DNA from: Candidatus Woesebacteria bacterium UBA5941
Lineage (GTDB): Bacteria > Patescibacteriota > Microgenomatia > UBA8517
Direction: 5' to 3'
Assembly (NCBI GenBank): GCA_002430735.1
Contig: DJCV01000010.1
Coordinates: 7,705-71,704, forward strand
DNA length: 64,000 bases
Position numbers and translations under genes: made by a program. This document shows, one piece after another, positions 19,542 through 29,199 of the stretch. The notes beneath the pieces are model-generated. The model ran no database searches, had not been told where the DNA came from, and saw only the letters and a list, made by a program, of their open reading frames with translations. Within the stretch, counting starts at the first letter, position 1. Each line of letters begins with the position of its first letter.

Positions 19542-19841
19542 TTAATACCCAGAAGATATGTCCCAAATCTCTTCAAGTTTCCAAAAAAGAGTATCGGTAT
19601 TTAATACAAGGCGCATAAATAACGTATCCGTAGTCACAGAGAATACATGAAAGAGAGTTTTCCCTTCACGAAAGACATGATGCAGCCCTAATTTTCGAAT
19701 TACATATTCACGTCCTTTCCAGATAACAGTCTGTGGTATAACGTATGCAGGGTTTGCTGTATATGAACAAAGAACCGATACAGGTTCTGAGATTTTAAAA
19801 GATGAGAGGGCTTTTCTTTCGTCTATTGTTTGGGTTGCCAT
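19542..19841 (-). CDS. Small DinB-associated protein (DUF6504/ImuB C-terminal-like)
   Basis: P....WKGREY.I, FHVFSV, L......WKL pattern; first gene of the dinB operon. Confidence 0.65.
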   Translation of the reverse strand: MATQTIDERKALSSFKISEPVSVLCSYTANPAYVIPQTVIWKGREYVIRKLGLHHVFREGKTLFHVFSVTTDTLFMRLVLNTDTLFWKLEEIWDISSGY

Positions 19842-19846
19842 ACATT

Positions 19847-19876
19847 ACAATAACCCAAACAAAAACCAAAAGTCAA
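19847..19876 (-). promoter_or_regulatory. dinB-operon promoter with TTTGG-N6-TTTGG candidate operator
   Basis: TTGACT-18nt-TATTGT, ATG 5 nt downstream; the direct repeat (19855-19870) fills the spacer. Confidence 0.65.
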
Positions 19877-19947
19877 CAGAGCAAAACAAACATTAAAATT
19901 GCAAAAAAGGGTTAGCGACTGAAATCCCTAAACCTGAAGAAAAGATA

Positions 19948-20316
19948 TTATGCAGCAAGCGGGACTTCGTCGTACATATGCAACCACACGACACTTGGTA
20001 TTTGAATGCCAACTCTGGCAAATGCATTCTTTGCCATTGCCCAGGTCTGGGCTATCATCCCCAAAGTCGTTCGTCCACTTGCATGATCGTAATTTGTCTA
20101 AAAGACATCGAAATAGAATTGGCCTTCATGTTCAAGCATTTGGTAGACGACACGTGCCGGTTCAGCATTCTGACAACGCGCGCACAGCCAAACCTGTTCA
20201 TGAACGGTGATTCCTTTCAATTGATGAATCCGAAGAAATGTTTCATCTTCAATTTTTAGGGTTTCACCTACTGTCCAATTTATCTCCCTGAATGGGGTTT
20301 CTGACATACCTCGCAT
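19948..20316 (-). pseudogene. Orphan SD-led gene interrupted by one in-frame TAG (20098-20100)
   Basis: TATAAT 20350-55, GGAGG, ATG 20316; 72 codons, TAG, then 49 more sense codons to TAA 19948-50; contains a CxxC motif. Confidence 0.55.
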
Positions 20317-20417
20317 AGAAGCACCTCCATTCAAACTTTCGATACAGAGATTATACACTCAAAAAATCCACTTTGAATAATGAAACAAAATAATATATGA
20401 TGTTTTCTAGATACGTT

Positions 20418-23400
20418 ATGCATCTTGTTAAAAAAGCATTGGCAGTAGTTTCTCTCGGTGCTTTTTTCACCCTCATTTTTCTTCTCTCCCCACAAACCGT
20501 AACAAAAGGAGCACCACAAAATTTCACCAATGAAACAATTATTTTAAATCTTGTTGAACCGACAGGAATTCAATTTTTGCCCGACGGACGAATGATTATT
20601 ATTAACAGGTATGGATCTGTCAGAATGGTTCAAGCAGGTGCAACGACACTGGACGCAACACCGGTGCTTACCCTAACAAACATTAATACAGACCAAGGCG
20701 AGCGCGGATTAGTCGGAATTACCATTGATCCAAACTTTGCTTCAAATGGGTATATATATCTCTTCTACACAGCAAACAGTCCTCTGAGAGATCGCGTTTC
20801 TCGCTTTACAGTGAATGGAAATACAGCCGCTTTGAATACTGAAGTTGTGATTTGGCAAGACACCGTTGAAGCACAATTGTGGCATCACGGGGGAACTATC
20901 GCATTTGGCCCAGACAGTAAACTCTATATTTCAACAGGAGATGGTTTTGACAGCCCTGTATCTCAAAACTTAGCAAGCTTCAGAGGAAAAATATTGAGAG
21001 TTAATTCAGATGGCACAGTACCAACAGATAATCCGTGGGCCGGAGATGGTAATTCTAGTACACTTGATCATATTTGGGCACGAGGACTCAGAAATCCATT
21101 TAGATTTTCATTTGATTCTCTCAATGGGAGAATGTACATCGGAGATGTTGGTGGGAATAACCAGGTTTCTTCAATTGAAGAGGTTAATCTTGGTGCGGCA
21201 GGTGCCAACTTTGGATGGCCAGTTTGTGAAGGGAATTGTGGAACTGCTGGAATGACCAATCCAATATTCACCTATCCACATAACAATCGAGATTCATCTG
21301 TCACTGGCGGAATTGTGTATAGAGGAGGAAACTTTCCAAGCGCTTATCAAGGATCATATTTCTACGGAGATTATGTACAAAATTGGATTAGACGACTTAC
21401 TTTTGATGCAAACGGGGTTGTATTAGGGAGCCAAAACTTTGAGCCTGAAAGCGGTGGTAGCGATGGACCTTACGGCGAAATAGTTGATATTAAGCAAGGG
21501 CCTGATGGTGCACTCTACTATGTAGACTTTGGCGCAACATGGGAAGGTGTTTCAAATCCGGGCACAATACGACGAATTAAATACACTGGCGCAAACACAC
21601 CTCCCCTTATCACACAAGCTACAGCTGATGTGACTTCTGGACCAGGACCTCAACTCACTGTTTCATTTACGGCAGTTGCAACAGACGCTGAAAACAATCC
21701 ACTGACATATACCTGGGCTTTTGGTGACTCACAAACGGCAACAGGTGCACAAGTCACTCATACATACACACAAAAAGGGCAATACGATGCACGAGTGACG
21801 GTTTCTGATGCACAAGGACAAACAATTTCAAATCCCATTACGATAACAGTAGGCATCGCTCCTGTTGTTACAATTCTCTCTCCATCCACTGGTACAACAT
21901 TCAGAGCAGGGGACGTTATTAGTTATTCAGCAAGTGCAACAGACAGCGATAGCAGTATTACTGCAGCTAACTATTCATGGCGGGTGATTATGAACCATGC
22001 CAGTCATACCCATCCGGAAGAAGGACCGATTAATGGAGTGACAAATGGAACATTCACAGTTCCCGTATCAGGACATGACTTAGACAATACAACGTCCTTT
22101 GATATCGTTGTAACAGTCACAGATGAAGTAGGGTTATCAGATACCAAGGCCGTTCGAGTAAACCCTGAAACAGTGCAACTCACGTTGACAACAAACCCAG
22201 TTGGCATTCCACTTGCGTTTGGACAAGAATTCGGACTAGTGACACCATTTACAACGTCACGCGTTATCGGGTTCCAAATACCAGTCGTAGCACCGACAAC
22301 AACAACAGTTAATAATAGTCAGTACGAGTTTACTTCATGGTCCGACTTGGGTGCTGCAAGTCACACGATAACAGTACCAACAACAAACCAAACAATTACC
22401 GCGACTTATACCCAAACAGCACCGTCAACAACAGCATCTCTCACCTTTGACGGAGTTGATGACTTTGCCTTCAACAATCAAATAGGGGCGAGTGGCACAC
22501 AAACAATTGAAGGATGGATTAAACCAACTGTTGCTTTACAAAACACTATAGTTTTAGGCAATTTTAACGACTCAAATGGATGGTCAATTGAATTAACTTC
22601 CGGACAGCCGACGTTTTGGAGAGGGAGTGGTGGAAGTTGGTCAAGCATCCAAGGAACAACAGCGCTACCAGTAAACGCATGGTCACACGTAGCAGTGACA
22701 CATAATGCAACTACGGGCGATACCAGAATATACCTTAACGGCATTCAAACTGCCGCTGCAACCATGAGTGCAATCGGTGCAACCAATAGCTTTAGACTCA
22801 ACAGTAATTCAGGGTATCCGTTTTTCGTCGGACGAATTGATGAAGTTCGTGTATCAAATGCAATTCGATATACAACAGCATTTACCCCAAGTGCAACGGC
22901 ATTTAGCACAGACGCACAAACAGTGGCTCTCTATCACTTAGACGAAGGTTCGGGCCAAGTATCAGCTGATGCATCTGCAAACAATTACACATTAACACTT
23001 GGACAGACAAATGCCGTAAATGCATCAGATCCAACATGGACAGTAAATGACTCACCGTTTACCGTAAGTACGCCGACACCCACACCAACTGCAACACCAA
23101 CACCTTCACCGACCCCAAGTCCTACGCCTACTCCTTCACCGACACCTACCGCAACACCGACAGCGACTCCAACTCCTACTCCTACTCCTAGTGCTACGCC
23201 AACTCAAACGCCTACGCCATCACCAACACCAACGCCGACACCACCACCTGTGGTAAATGGAGCACTCACATTTGATGGGTCAAACGACACAGTAGGCACT
23301 GCAGCAATTTCCTCACAGGGAACAAAAACAATTGAAGCATGGGTGAGACCGTTGGTTGCAAATGAAAACGCTGTTGTCGCAGGCAACTATAATGACAACA

Positions 23401-23891
23401 ATGGATGGGCTTTGGAATTAAATAACGGTCGAGTAGCGTTTTGGGTTGATAATGGCGGGGGATGGAGTTCGGTTACCGGAACAACACAATTAGCTGTAAA
23501 TACGTGGTATCACATAGCAGCTACTTACAACGCAACTACGAGAGTTGCTGTTATATATGTGAATGGCGTTGCACAGGCTACAAGAAATGTAGGACTAATC
23601 CGAAATGTCACAGCATTTGTTTTGGGAGGGTCAACTGGATATCAATATTTAAATGGACAACTTGATGAGGTGCGCCTTTCAAGCATCGTTCGGTATACTG
23701 CTAATTTCACCGTACCTTCAACACAGTTTACAAACGATGCCTCAACTGTTTTGCTCTATCACTTTAATGAAGGAACAGGGCAAATAGTGACGAATGCAGC
23801 AAGCACTTCTTACTCATTATTTTTGGGTGGGACCAGCGCTATTCAAACGTCCGACCCAGTCAGAATTACATCAACCGCACCAACGGAATAA
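20418..23891 (+). CDS. Large secreted protein: PQQ-dependent sugar dehydrogenase-like beta-propeller + PKD + Ig-like + two LamG domains
   Basis: Signal/TM; [36 protein letters not shown]; WAFGD..HTY PKD motif; two LTFDG..D/IEAW/W.HVA/GxLDEVR LamG modules; start could be 20397. Confidence 0.88.
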   Translation: MHLVKKALAVVSLGAFFTLIFLLSPQTVTKGAPQNFTNETIILNLVEPTGIQFLPDGRMIIINRYGSVRMVQAGATTLDATPVLTLTNINTDQGERGLVGITIDPNFASNGYIYLFYTANSPLRDRVSRFTVNGNTAALNTEVVIWQDTVEAQLWHHGGTIAFGPDSKLYISTGDGFDSPVSQNLASFRGKILRVNSDGTVPTDNPWAGDGNSSTLDHIWARGLRNPFRFSFDSLNGRMYIGDVGGNNQVSSIEEVNLGAAGANFGWPVCEGNCGTAGMTNPIFTYPHNNRDSSVTGGIVYRGGNFPSAYQGSYFYGDYVQNWIRRLTFDANGVVLGSQNFEPESGGSDGPYGEIVDIKQGPDGALYYVDFGATWEGVSNPGTIRRIKYTGANTPPLITQATADVTSGPGPQLTVSFTAVATDAENNPLTYTWAFGDSQTATGAQVTHTYTQKGQYDARVTVSDAQGQTISNPITITVGIAPVVTILSPSTGTTFRAGDVISYSASATDSDSSITAANYSWRVIMNHASHTHPEEGPINGVTNGTFTVPVSGHDLDNTTSFDIVVTVTDEVGLSDTKAVRVNPETVQLTLTTNPVGIPLAFGQEFGLVTPFTTSRVIGFQIPVVAPTTTTVNNSQYEFTSWSDLGAASHTITVPTTNQTITATYTQTAPSTTASLTFDGVDDFAFNNQIGASGTQTIEGWIKPTVALQNTIVLGNFNDSNGWSIELTSGQPTFWRGSGGSWSSIQGTTALPVNAWSHVAVTHNATTGDTRIYLNGIQTAAATMSAIGATNSFRLNSNSGYPFFVGRIDEVRVSNAIRYTTAFTPSATAFSTDAQTVALYHLDEGSGQVSADASANNYTLTLGQTNAVNASDPTWTVNDSPFTVSTPTPTPTATPTPSPTPSPTPTPSPTPTATPTATPTPTPTPSATPTQTPTPSPTPTPTPPPVVNGALTFDGSNDTVGTAAISSQGTKTIEAWVRPLVANENAVVAGNYNDNNGWALELNNGRVAFWVDNGGGWSSVTGTTQLAVNTWYHIAATYNATTRVAVIYVNGVAQATRNVGLIRNVTAFVLGGSTGYQYLNGQLDEVRLSSIVRYTANFTVPSTQFTNDASTVLLYHFNEGTGQIVTNAASTSYSLFLGGTSAIQTSDPVRITSTAPTE
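23070..23249 (+). repeat. Pro/Thr-rich coding linker repeat (TPTP/TPSP)
   Basis: About 60 codons of (T/S/A)P repeats with varied synonymous codons. Confidence 0.9.
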
Positions 23892-23927
23892 CTAGACGAG
23901 TGATGGGCAACTGTCTATACTAAAATC

Positions 23928-24287
23928 ATGAAACCTGAAACGATCAAAGCCATTTTTACAAACCTTCTTTTTGTAATAGGAGTAATCCTCATGATTACCG
24001 GATTTATCCAAGGAACACGAACAGTTGTTAAACTTGCTGTTTTTGAAAACTATCCACTCGAAACATGGGAAGAAACAAAGTGTGAGCAATATCCATATGT
24101 CGCAGCTCCGGTTGACAGTGAAAAAACGACACCAGCAGAAGTGAATCCACGCGTTAAAGAAGACTGTAAAGCGCAGCTTGCTACAGAGCGAAAAGTAAAA
24201 ATGACAGAAGATATCGTAGCTTCCATTAGTTTCCTCGTTTCCGGAGCAACACTCGTGTATTTCTTCAGAAGATTTATCCTCAAATAA
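23928..24287 (+). CDS. Two-TM membrane protein with a Cys pair in the loop
   Basis: Terminal hydrophobic helices; TATACT 6 nt before ATG. Confidence 0.8.
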   Translation: MKPETIKAIFTNLLFVIGVILMITGFIQGTRTVVKLAVFENYPLETWEETKCEQYPYVAAPVDSEKTTPAEVNPRVKEDCKAQLATERKVKMTEDIVASISFLVSGATLVYFFRRFILK

Positions 24288-24318
24288 AAAGTCCCCAACG
24301 TGTTAACACATTGAGGAC
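24286..24318 (-). terminator. Intrinsic terminator of orphan 24339-24587
   Basis: Minus strand GTCCTCAATGTGTTAACACGTTGGGGAC plus T5. Confidence 0.7.
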
Positions 24319-24338
24319 CAACGATGAATGGCAATCAA

Positions 24339-24587
24339 TCAGGCAGTGGAAGCAGCGTTGTCAGGCTGGGTATATTCACCCTTGCCATAAACAAGGACTT
24401 TGAAAACCGTCTCATTTTTGTTTCGGCGCTTATGTTGTTCAAAGTCGCGGTCTCGTCTTACAACCAGAGGGTCACTTTTTCCCCTCAAGTGCATCACGAC
24501 GACTCCGCCAGTGGGTAAAGCATTCGTGAGCTTGTTCCACCGAATCTTGCCCAGCTTCTTCCCTGAGAGATCTGTCATTTCAAGCAT
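24339..24587 (-). CDS. Orphan basic protein, 82 aa (SD-led unit)
   Basis: AGGAG 6 nt before ATG; terminator downstream; -10 position ambiguous. Confidence 0.65.
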   Translation of the reverse strand: MLEMTDLSGKKLGKIRWNKLTNALPTGGVVVMHLRGKSDPLVVRRDRDFEQHKRRNKNETVFKVLVYGKGEYTQPDNAASTA

Positions 24588-24698
24588 TTCTTACTCCTAA
24601 TATCAATAAATAGAAGGACAGTTTTGCCACTCCCTTTTTTTAGGGAAATTGTAGTATATAAAATTTTTATGAAAAATGCAAACTAATATAGGATACAT

Positions 24699-24724
24699 GC
24701 TGGGTGACGAAAACGTCACCCAGC
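24699..24724. terminator. Perfect 11-bp hairpin downstream of the Cys-rich orphan (no U tract)
   Basis: GCTGGGTGACG-AAAA-CGTCACCCAGC. Confidence 0.55.
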
Positions 24725-24736
24725 TGTTGAAGCTCG

Positions 24737-24883
24737 TTACTCAAATTTCTTGCTGTGCTTTTTATCGCACTCTGCACAATGGAAGCCTCTATTGCCAGTG
24801 CAGTACGTGCATGTGCAGTTACACCGGCGACGACGGAGCGCTACATGTCGATACAAGCTCCATAGTAAAAATAACTTAGTCAC
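24737..24883 (-). CDS. Orphan 48-aa Cys-rich basic peptide (SD-led unit)
   Basis: TATAAT 24940-45, AAGGAG, GTG 24883; RRRRCNCTCTYCTG...HCAEC. Confidence 0.6.
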   Translation of the reverse strand: MTKLFLLWSLYRHVALRRRRCNCTCTYCTGNRGFHCAECDKKHSKKFE

Positions 24884-25018
24884 AGAGTTACTCCTTATGA
24901 AAAAAAGTAGAACGAGCCACTTGGCTACAAGTGTACGCAATTATATACCTTTTTTATTTTCTTACAAAAGAGGTCTTGTTTATAGACAAGAAAGCATAAA
25001 ATCCATACACTGAAACAT

Positions 25019-26407
25019 ATGAGTTTACCTGCCCTGAAAAAAGCTTCACTCCCAAAGGCTCCCCCTTTAGTAAAGCTGCTCGGACCAAGCTTTATTCTCT
25101 TAGGCCTCGGGTTAGGAAGTGGGGAGTTGATTCTCTGGCCATATCTCGCTTCTCAGTATGGGTTAGGTATTATTTGGGGGGCAGTGTTGGGTATTACGTT
25201 GCAATTTTTCATTAATATGGAAATTGCACGATACACATTAGTGACAGGGGAGAGCGTGTTCGTAGGGCTCACCCGAAAGTTAGGTGGCATTTCACCTATT
25301 TGGTTTATTTTCTCAACGCTTATTCCCTGGATGTGGCCGGGAATAGCTGCAAGTGCAGCAACGCTTCTTGCGGCGCTTTTTGGCATCTCATATACCCCTA
25401 TTATTCCGATTGGGTTATTGCTCGCAATTGGGGTCATTTACACATTAGGGCCTGTTATTTACAAAACACAAGAAACGCTACAGCGTTTAATTATTATTAT
25501 TGGAGTACCATTTATTTTTGGACTTGCTATTTATTTTGCTGGCCCAAGCGATTGGGAAGCGCTGGGGAGAGGCGTGTTAGGATTTGGGTCACACTTTTGG
25601 TTAGTGCCTGCAGGAATTTCCGCAACGACATTTTTGGCTGCGTTTGCGTACGCAGGCGCCGGTGGAAATTTAAACCTCGGACAGTCGTTATATATAAAAG
25701 AAAAAGGGTATGGGATGGGGAAGTACTCAGGACGGCTCACAAGTTTTTTAACGGGTAAAAAGGAGGATGTGTCGCTTATTGGTACAACATTTGAAATGAA
25801 TCAAAAGAATGTGTCTCTCTTTAAAGATTGGTGGAGAAAAATTAACATTGAGCACGCAGTAGTCTTTTGGGCAACAGGGGCAACAACAATGCTCCTTTTG
25901 GCACTACTTGCATACATTACTGTTTTTGAAAAATCGAGCACTTCTGGTATTAACTTTGTGATCGAAGAGGCACATGCTATGACTGCCCTCGTTGGTCCAG
26001 CTGTGGGTGTTTTATTTTTATCTGTTGCAACGGTTATGCTTTTCTTTACTCAATTTTCAGTGTTTGGAACCACAAGCAGGATTATGACTGAGAACTTACT
26101 CCTAGCTAGTTCTGCATTTAAAACAAAACATGCAGGCAATTATTTCTATTTCTTTTTGTGGCTACAAATTCTTTTGGGAATAATTGTATTTCTCCTTGGG
26201 TTTAAAGAACCGCTTACCTTGGTTATTATTGGAGCGGTCCTCAATGCATTTTCAATGTTTATTTATACCGGTCTTGTTTTGTGGCTCAATAAAACAAGCC
26301 TTAAAAAGGCAGTACAACCAAACAGGTTTAGAACCAGTATTGTCAGTGTGGCATTTCTGTTTTACGGTGGCTTCAGCTTGTACACAATTATCGACCGTCT
26401 GTTTTAG
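25019..26407 (+). CDS. Nramp-family-like (APC superfamily) membrane transporter
   Basis: LGPSFILLGLGLGSGELILWP, E.ARYT..TGE, about 11 TM segments. Confidence 0.8.
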   Translation: MSLPALKKASLPKAPPLVKLLGPSFILLGLGLGSGELILWPYLASQYGLGIIWGAVLGITLQFFINMEIARYTLVTGESVFVGLTRKLGGISPIWFIFSTLIPWMWPGIAASAATLLAALFGISYTPIIPIGLLLAIGVIYTLGPVIYKTQETLQRLIIIIGVPFIFGLAIYFAGPSDWEALGRGVLGFGSHFWLVPAGISATTFLAAFAYAGAGGNLNLGQSLYIKEKGYGMGKYSGRLTSFLTGKKEDVSLIGTTFEMNQKNVSLFKDWWRKINIEHAVVFWATGATTMLLLALLAYITVFEKSSTSGINFVIEEAHAMTALVGPAVGVLFLSVATVMLFFTQFSVFGTTSRIMTENLLLASSAFKTKHAGNYFYFFLWLQILLGIIVFLLGFKEPLTLVIIGAVLNAFSMFIYTGLVLWLNKTSLKKAVQPNRFRTSIVSVAFLFYGGFSLYTIIDRLF

Positions 26408-26431
26408 ACTCAGTGCGATATAATAGATGGT

Positions 26432-27469
26432 ATGCGCAAGCTGTTTTTTGCATTATTACTCATTGGAGTTTCAGTACTTTCATTCATTGGTGGCAGAGTA
26501 TCACGGACCACTGATACTCGTGTTTTTACGCTGAATCCCACTCCTGTTCCAACTCCATTAGCCAAATATACAATTGAAACACTCAAAAATGCGACAATCG
26601 TTCCAGGTTCTTTTCAAAGCGGTGAATTGATCAATGACACGAAAGACATTACCGTGCAAACATTTCATATGAGCTATGATCCAACACTCTCAAATGGACC
26701 TATTAAAAAAGTGAGTGGAGTTATAAACATGCCAAAAGAAGGATCAAACTTGCCACTTGTTGTCATGCTCCGAGGATTCGTTGATCAAAGCATTTATGCG
26801 CCGGGTGTTGGTACCAAAAATGGAGCCGCCTTTTTCGCAGAAAATGGCTTTATTACAGTGTCGCCAGACTTTCTTGGATACGCGTCTTCAGACAGCGAAT
26901 CAGGAAACATCTTTGAAACACGGTTTCAAACATATACGACAGTACTCACGTTACTCCACTCTATCCCAACTCCTTCATTTTCAGATTTAACTGGCGGGCG
27001 TTGGGACGGGAAAAATATTTTCATATGGGCACATAGTAACGGTGGGCAAGTGGCATTGACCACGCTTGCCGTGACTGGGGAGAGTTATCCAACGACACTC
27101 TGGGCACCTGTTACCAAGCCGTTTCCGTATAGTGTTTTATACTACACCGATGAATCTGCAGATGGAGGGAAATTTATTAGAAAAGAATTAAGTAAGTTTG
27201 AAACGCTATATAACACTGATCAGTATTCCTTCACAAATTACCTCCCAAACATTAAAGGTCCGCTGCAATTTCAGCAAGGTACCGCTGATGACGCTATTCC
27301 ATTTGAATGGACACGAAGTATCGTAAATAGATTGAGAAAAAATGAGGTCGAAGTAAGCTACTTTGAATATCCTGGTGCAGATCACAATATGCGGCCATCA
27401 TGGGATGAAGTAATTGCAAGAGACATTGCCTTTTTTAATAAGTGGATGATAGTAGCTCAAGAAGAGTAA
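26432..27469 (+). CDS. Exported alpha/beta hydrolase (peptidase S9-like)
   Basis: Signal anchor; PDFLGY, nucleophile AHSNGG, QGTADD, GADH. Confidence 0.88.
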   Translation: MRKLFFALLLIGVSVLSFIGGRVSRTTDTRVFTLNPTPVPTPLAKYTIETLKNATIVPGSFQSGELINDTKDITVQTFHMSYDPTLSNGPIKKVSGVINMPKEGSNLPLVVMLRGFVDQSIYAPGVGTKNGAAFFAENGFITVSPDFLGYASSDSESGNIFETRFQTYTTVLTLLHSIPTPSFSDLTGGRWDGKNIFIWAHSNGGQVALTTLAVTGESYPTTLWAPVTKPFPYSVLYYTDESADGGKFIRKELSKFETLYNTDQYSFTNYLPNIKGPLQFQQGTADDAIPFEWTRSIVNRLRKNEVEVSYFEYPGADHNMRPSWDEVIARDIAFFNKWMIVAQEE

Positions 27470-27532
27470 GTACATGTCATAAAGTGTTACACATTCTTGA
27501 AATTTTGATATACTAGGGTATACAGTTTATAT

Positions 27533-27868
27533 ATGAATATATTTCTAGGCCTTATCATTAATATTATTAGCTTAATGGTCGTCAGCTATCTTATCCCTGG
27601 CTTTTACTTTGTCGACTTTAGAGCATTGCTCGTCGCAGCAGTTGTTATTGGGATTATTAACAGTTTCATTAAGCCAGTATTGCAGCTTATCGCACTCCCG
27701 CTTTCAATTGTTACTTTGGGACTTTTTGCATTCTTCGTAAATGTTGCGTTACTGTGGCTGGCAGCAGAAATAGTACCAGGTTTTCAAATTCAGAATTTCT
27801 TTACAGCAGCAGTAGCTTCAGTCGTGATGGCATTAATTGGTGCCTTTTTCCATAAGATGGATCACTAA
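27533..27868 (+). CDS. Four-TM YvlD/DUF360 (holin superfamily IV-like) membrane protein
   Basis: N.FIKPVL..IALP..IVTLGLF.F.VN signature. Confidence 0.88.
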   Translation: MNIFLGLIINIISLMVVSYLIPGFYFVDFRALLVAAVVIGIINSFIKPVLQLIALPLSIVTLGLFAFFVNVALLWLAAEIVPGFQIQNFFTAAVASVVMALIGAFFHKMDH

Positions 27869-27870
27869 AT

Positions 27871-28038
27871 ATGAGTAAATCAGGCGATACTCCCAAATCA
27901 TTTAGTAAGAAAGTTGAAACAAACAAGGTGGCGTTTAAATCACCAAGTAGATTTAGCGGTGGCGGAGCACAATCACAGTTTGGAACAAAGTCCCAATACA
28001 AACCAATGCCAGTTCGCATTACTCAGCACAAAGGCTAA
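27871..28038 (+). CDS. Small basic Gly/Ser/Lys-rich protein, 55 aa (below ORF-track cutoff)
   Basis: ATG 2 nt after the previous stop; MSKSGDTPKSFSKK...PVRITQHKG; ends just before a terminator. Confidence 0.65.
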   Translation: MSKSGDTPKSFSKKVETNKVAFKSPSRFSGGGAQSQFGTKSQYKPMPVRITQHKG

Positions 28039-28051
28039 TTCTTCAATCCAC

Positions 28052-28081
28052 AAAAAAACCTCACTATCCTAAGTGAGGTTT
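28052..28081. terminator. Bidirectional terminator
   Basis: A7-CCTCACT-6nt-AGTGAGG-TTT between convergent genes. Confidence 0.75.
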
Positions 28082-28096
28082 ACTACACCGGTATTT

Positions 28097-28639
28097 TTAA
28101 ATACTACGGCGAATTTCGATTTGCATTGTATCCAGGATGACAATCTGAATGCATTCTCCTGCTGACACAATCATTGGTACATAGATGCTATTGCCACCGT
28201 GTTGGGTAAGCGTGACCGTGTACATACCAGGCTTAATCGGCTGTGGGATTTGTCTCCCTTGATGCCGTGGCCGATTTTCACCGACAATATTTACGTAATA
28301 CCCAAACGGTACATCGCTCATGACGTACCACGCGCGGTTCAGGCTCATCTGTTCAATGCGCTTCCGCATACTTTTGGACGACCACAGGACCATGCGCAGA
28401 ATAACAACGTATATAACCAAGTGATAGTAGAACACAATATTGGCGGCAAACTCTGCATCACGTATCGTTTCAGCCGACTTAATGAGAGCCGTAGACGATG
28501 TTTCGAGGCTTACAAGCATCATAAACGCCAACACAGCATTTACTCGTGCGCGTTGCACTTCTTGTGTCGTACCAAAAAAACGGGTGAATACTTTGCGGGA
28601 CAGGGTTGAAAAAAGCGACGCTTTCTCAGACTGATCCAT
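28097..28639 (-). CDS. Orphan two-TM protein, 180 aa (SD-led unit)
   Basis: TATAAT 28680-85, GAGGTG, ATG. Confidence 0.7.
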   Translation of the reverse strand: MDQSEKASLFSTLSRKVFTRFFGTTQEVQRARVNAVLAFMMLVSLETSSTALIKSAETIRDAEFAANIVFYYHLVIYVVILRMVLWSSKSMRKRIEQMSLNRAWYVMSDVPFGYYVNIVGENRPRHQGRQIPQPIKPGMYTVTLTQHGGNSIYVPMIVSAGECIQIVILDTMQIEIRRSI

Positions 28640-28764
28640 TTAACACCTCTCTGTGAATGTTCAGATAAACAACTGAACTATTATAGCAGAATACTATGGG
28701 GATTGTCTTGTTGTCAGATATGAATTATGCTCTACCCATAGTTTACAGAGTGGGAGGGAATCCA

Positions 28765-29145
28765 GTGATTACCAGCTTAAGTATCGGAATCTATACATTG
28801 CACCTAAAAAAACTCATTATCGCCTGCAGGACAAAAAGTGGCGACCCATTTCGTGCCAAAGCGGTTAACAAAGAATCGCTCCTACCTTTTCGCTTCGTGC
28901 TTATTTTGGAACATACGAAAAAGGAAGGAAATATCCGTGAGGTTTTTGCTCAAATCGTGTATAACACGCTGACATACACATCAGATACACCACTTGTTGT
29001 AAATGACGACCTTCACTATACGGGTGAGGATGTCATTCCTGTTATTGCCACCTGCATGGCGATGTACAACCTTGAAACCCGTATAACGCTCTCAAAAGAG
29101 TGGCTACTTGAATGGGCTGCACAGTACTACCAGCCGTCCGAGTAG
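28765..29145 (+). CDS. Orphan protein, 126 aa (SD-led unit)
   Basis: TTGTCT-17nt-TATGCT (28703-31), GGGAGG, GTG 28765. Confidence 0.65.
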   Translation: MITSLSIGIYTLHLKKLIIACRTKSGDPFRAKAVNKESLLPFRFVLILEHTKKEGNIREVFAQIVYNTLTYTSDTPLVVNDDLHYTGEDVIPVIATCMAMYNLETRITLSKEWLLEWAAQYYQPSE

Positions 29146-29152
29146 AACATAC

Positions 29153-29183
29153 ACCGCCTCAGATCTTTTCTTGAGGCGGTTTT
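29153..29183 (+). terminator. Intrinsic terminator
   Basis: ACCGCCTCAG...TTGAGGCGGT plus TTT. Confidence 0.75.
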
Positions 29184-29199
29184 CGTGTATAATAGCCTC

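Noticed and set aside
20098-20100. Genome-wide or orphan-specific TAG recoding
   Set aside because: Other genes, including orphans 6116-6292 and 28765-29145, end in TAG immediately before terminators; TGA is also used as a stop.
23070-23249. CRISPR array or DNA tandem repeat
   Set aside because: It is an in-frame Pro/Thr linker with synonymous codon variation and no repeat-spacer structure. I saw no CRISPR array or cas gene in the window.
27533-27868. Phage holin indicating a prophage
   Set aside because: The YvlD/DUF360 family is a common chromosomal membrane protein, and there is no endolysin or phage context.
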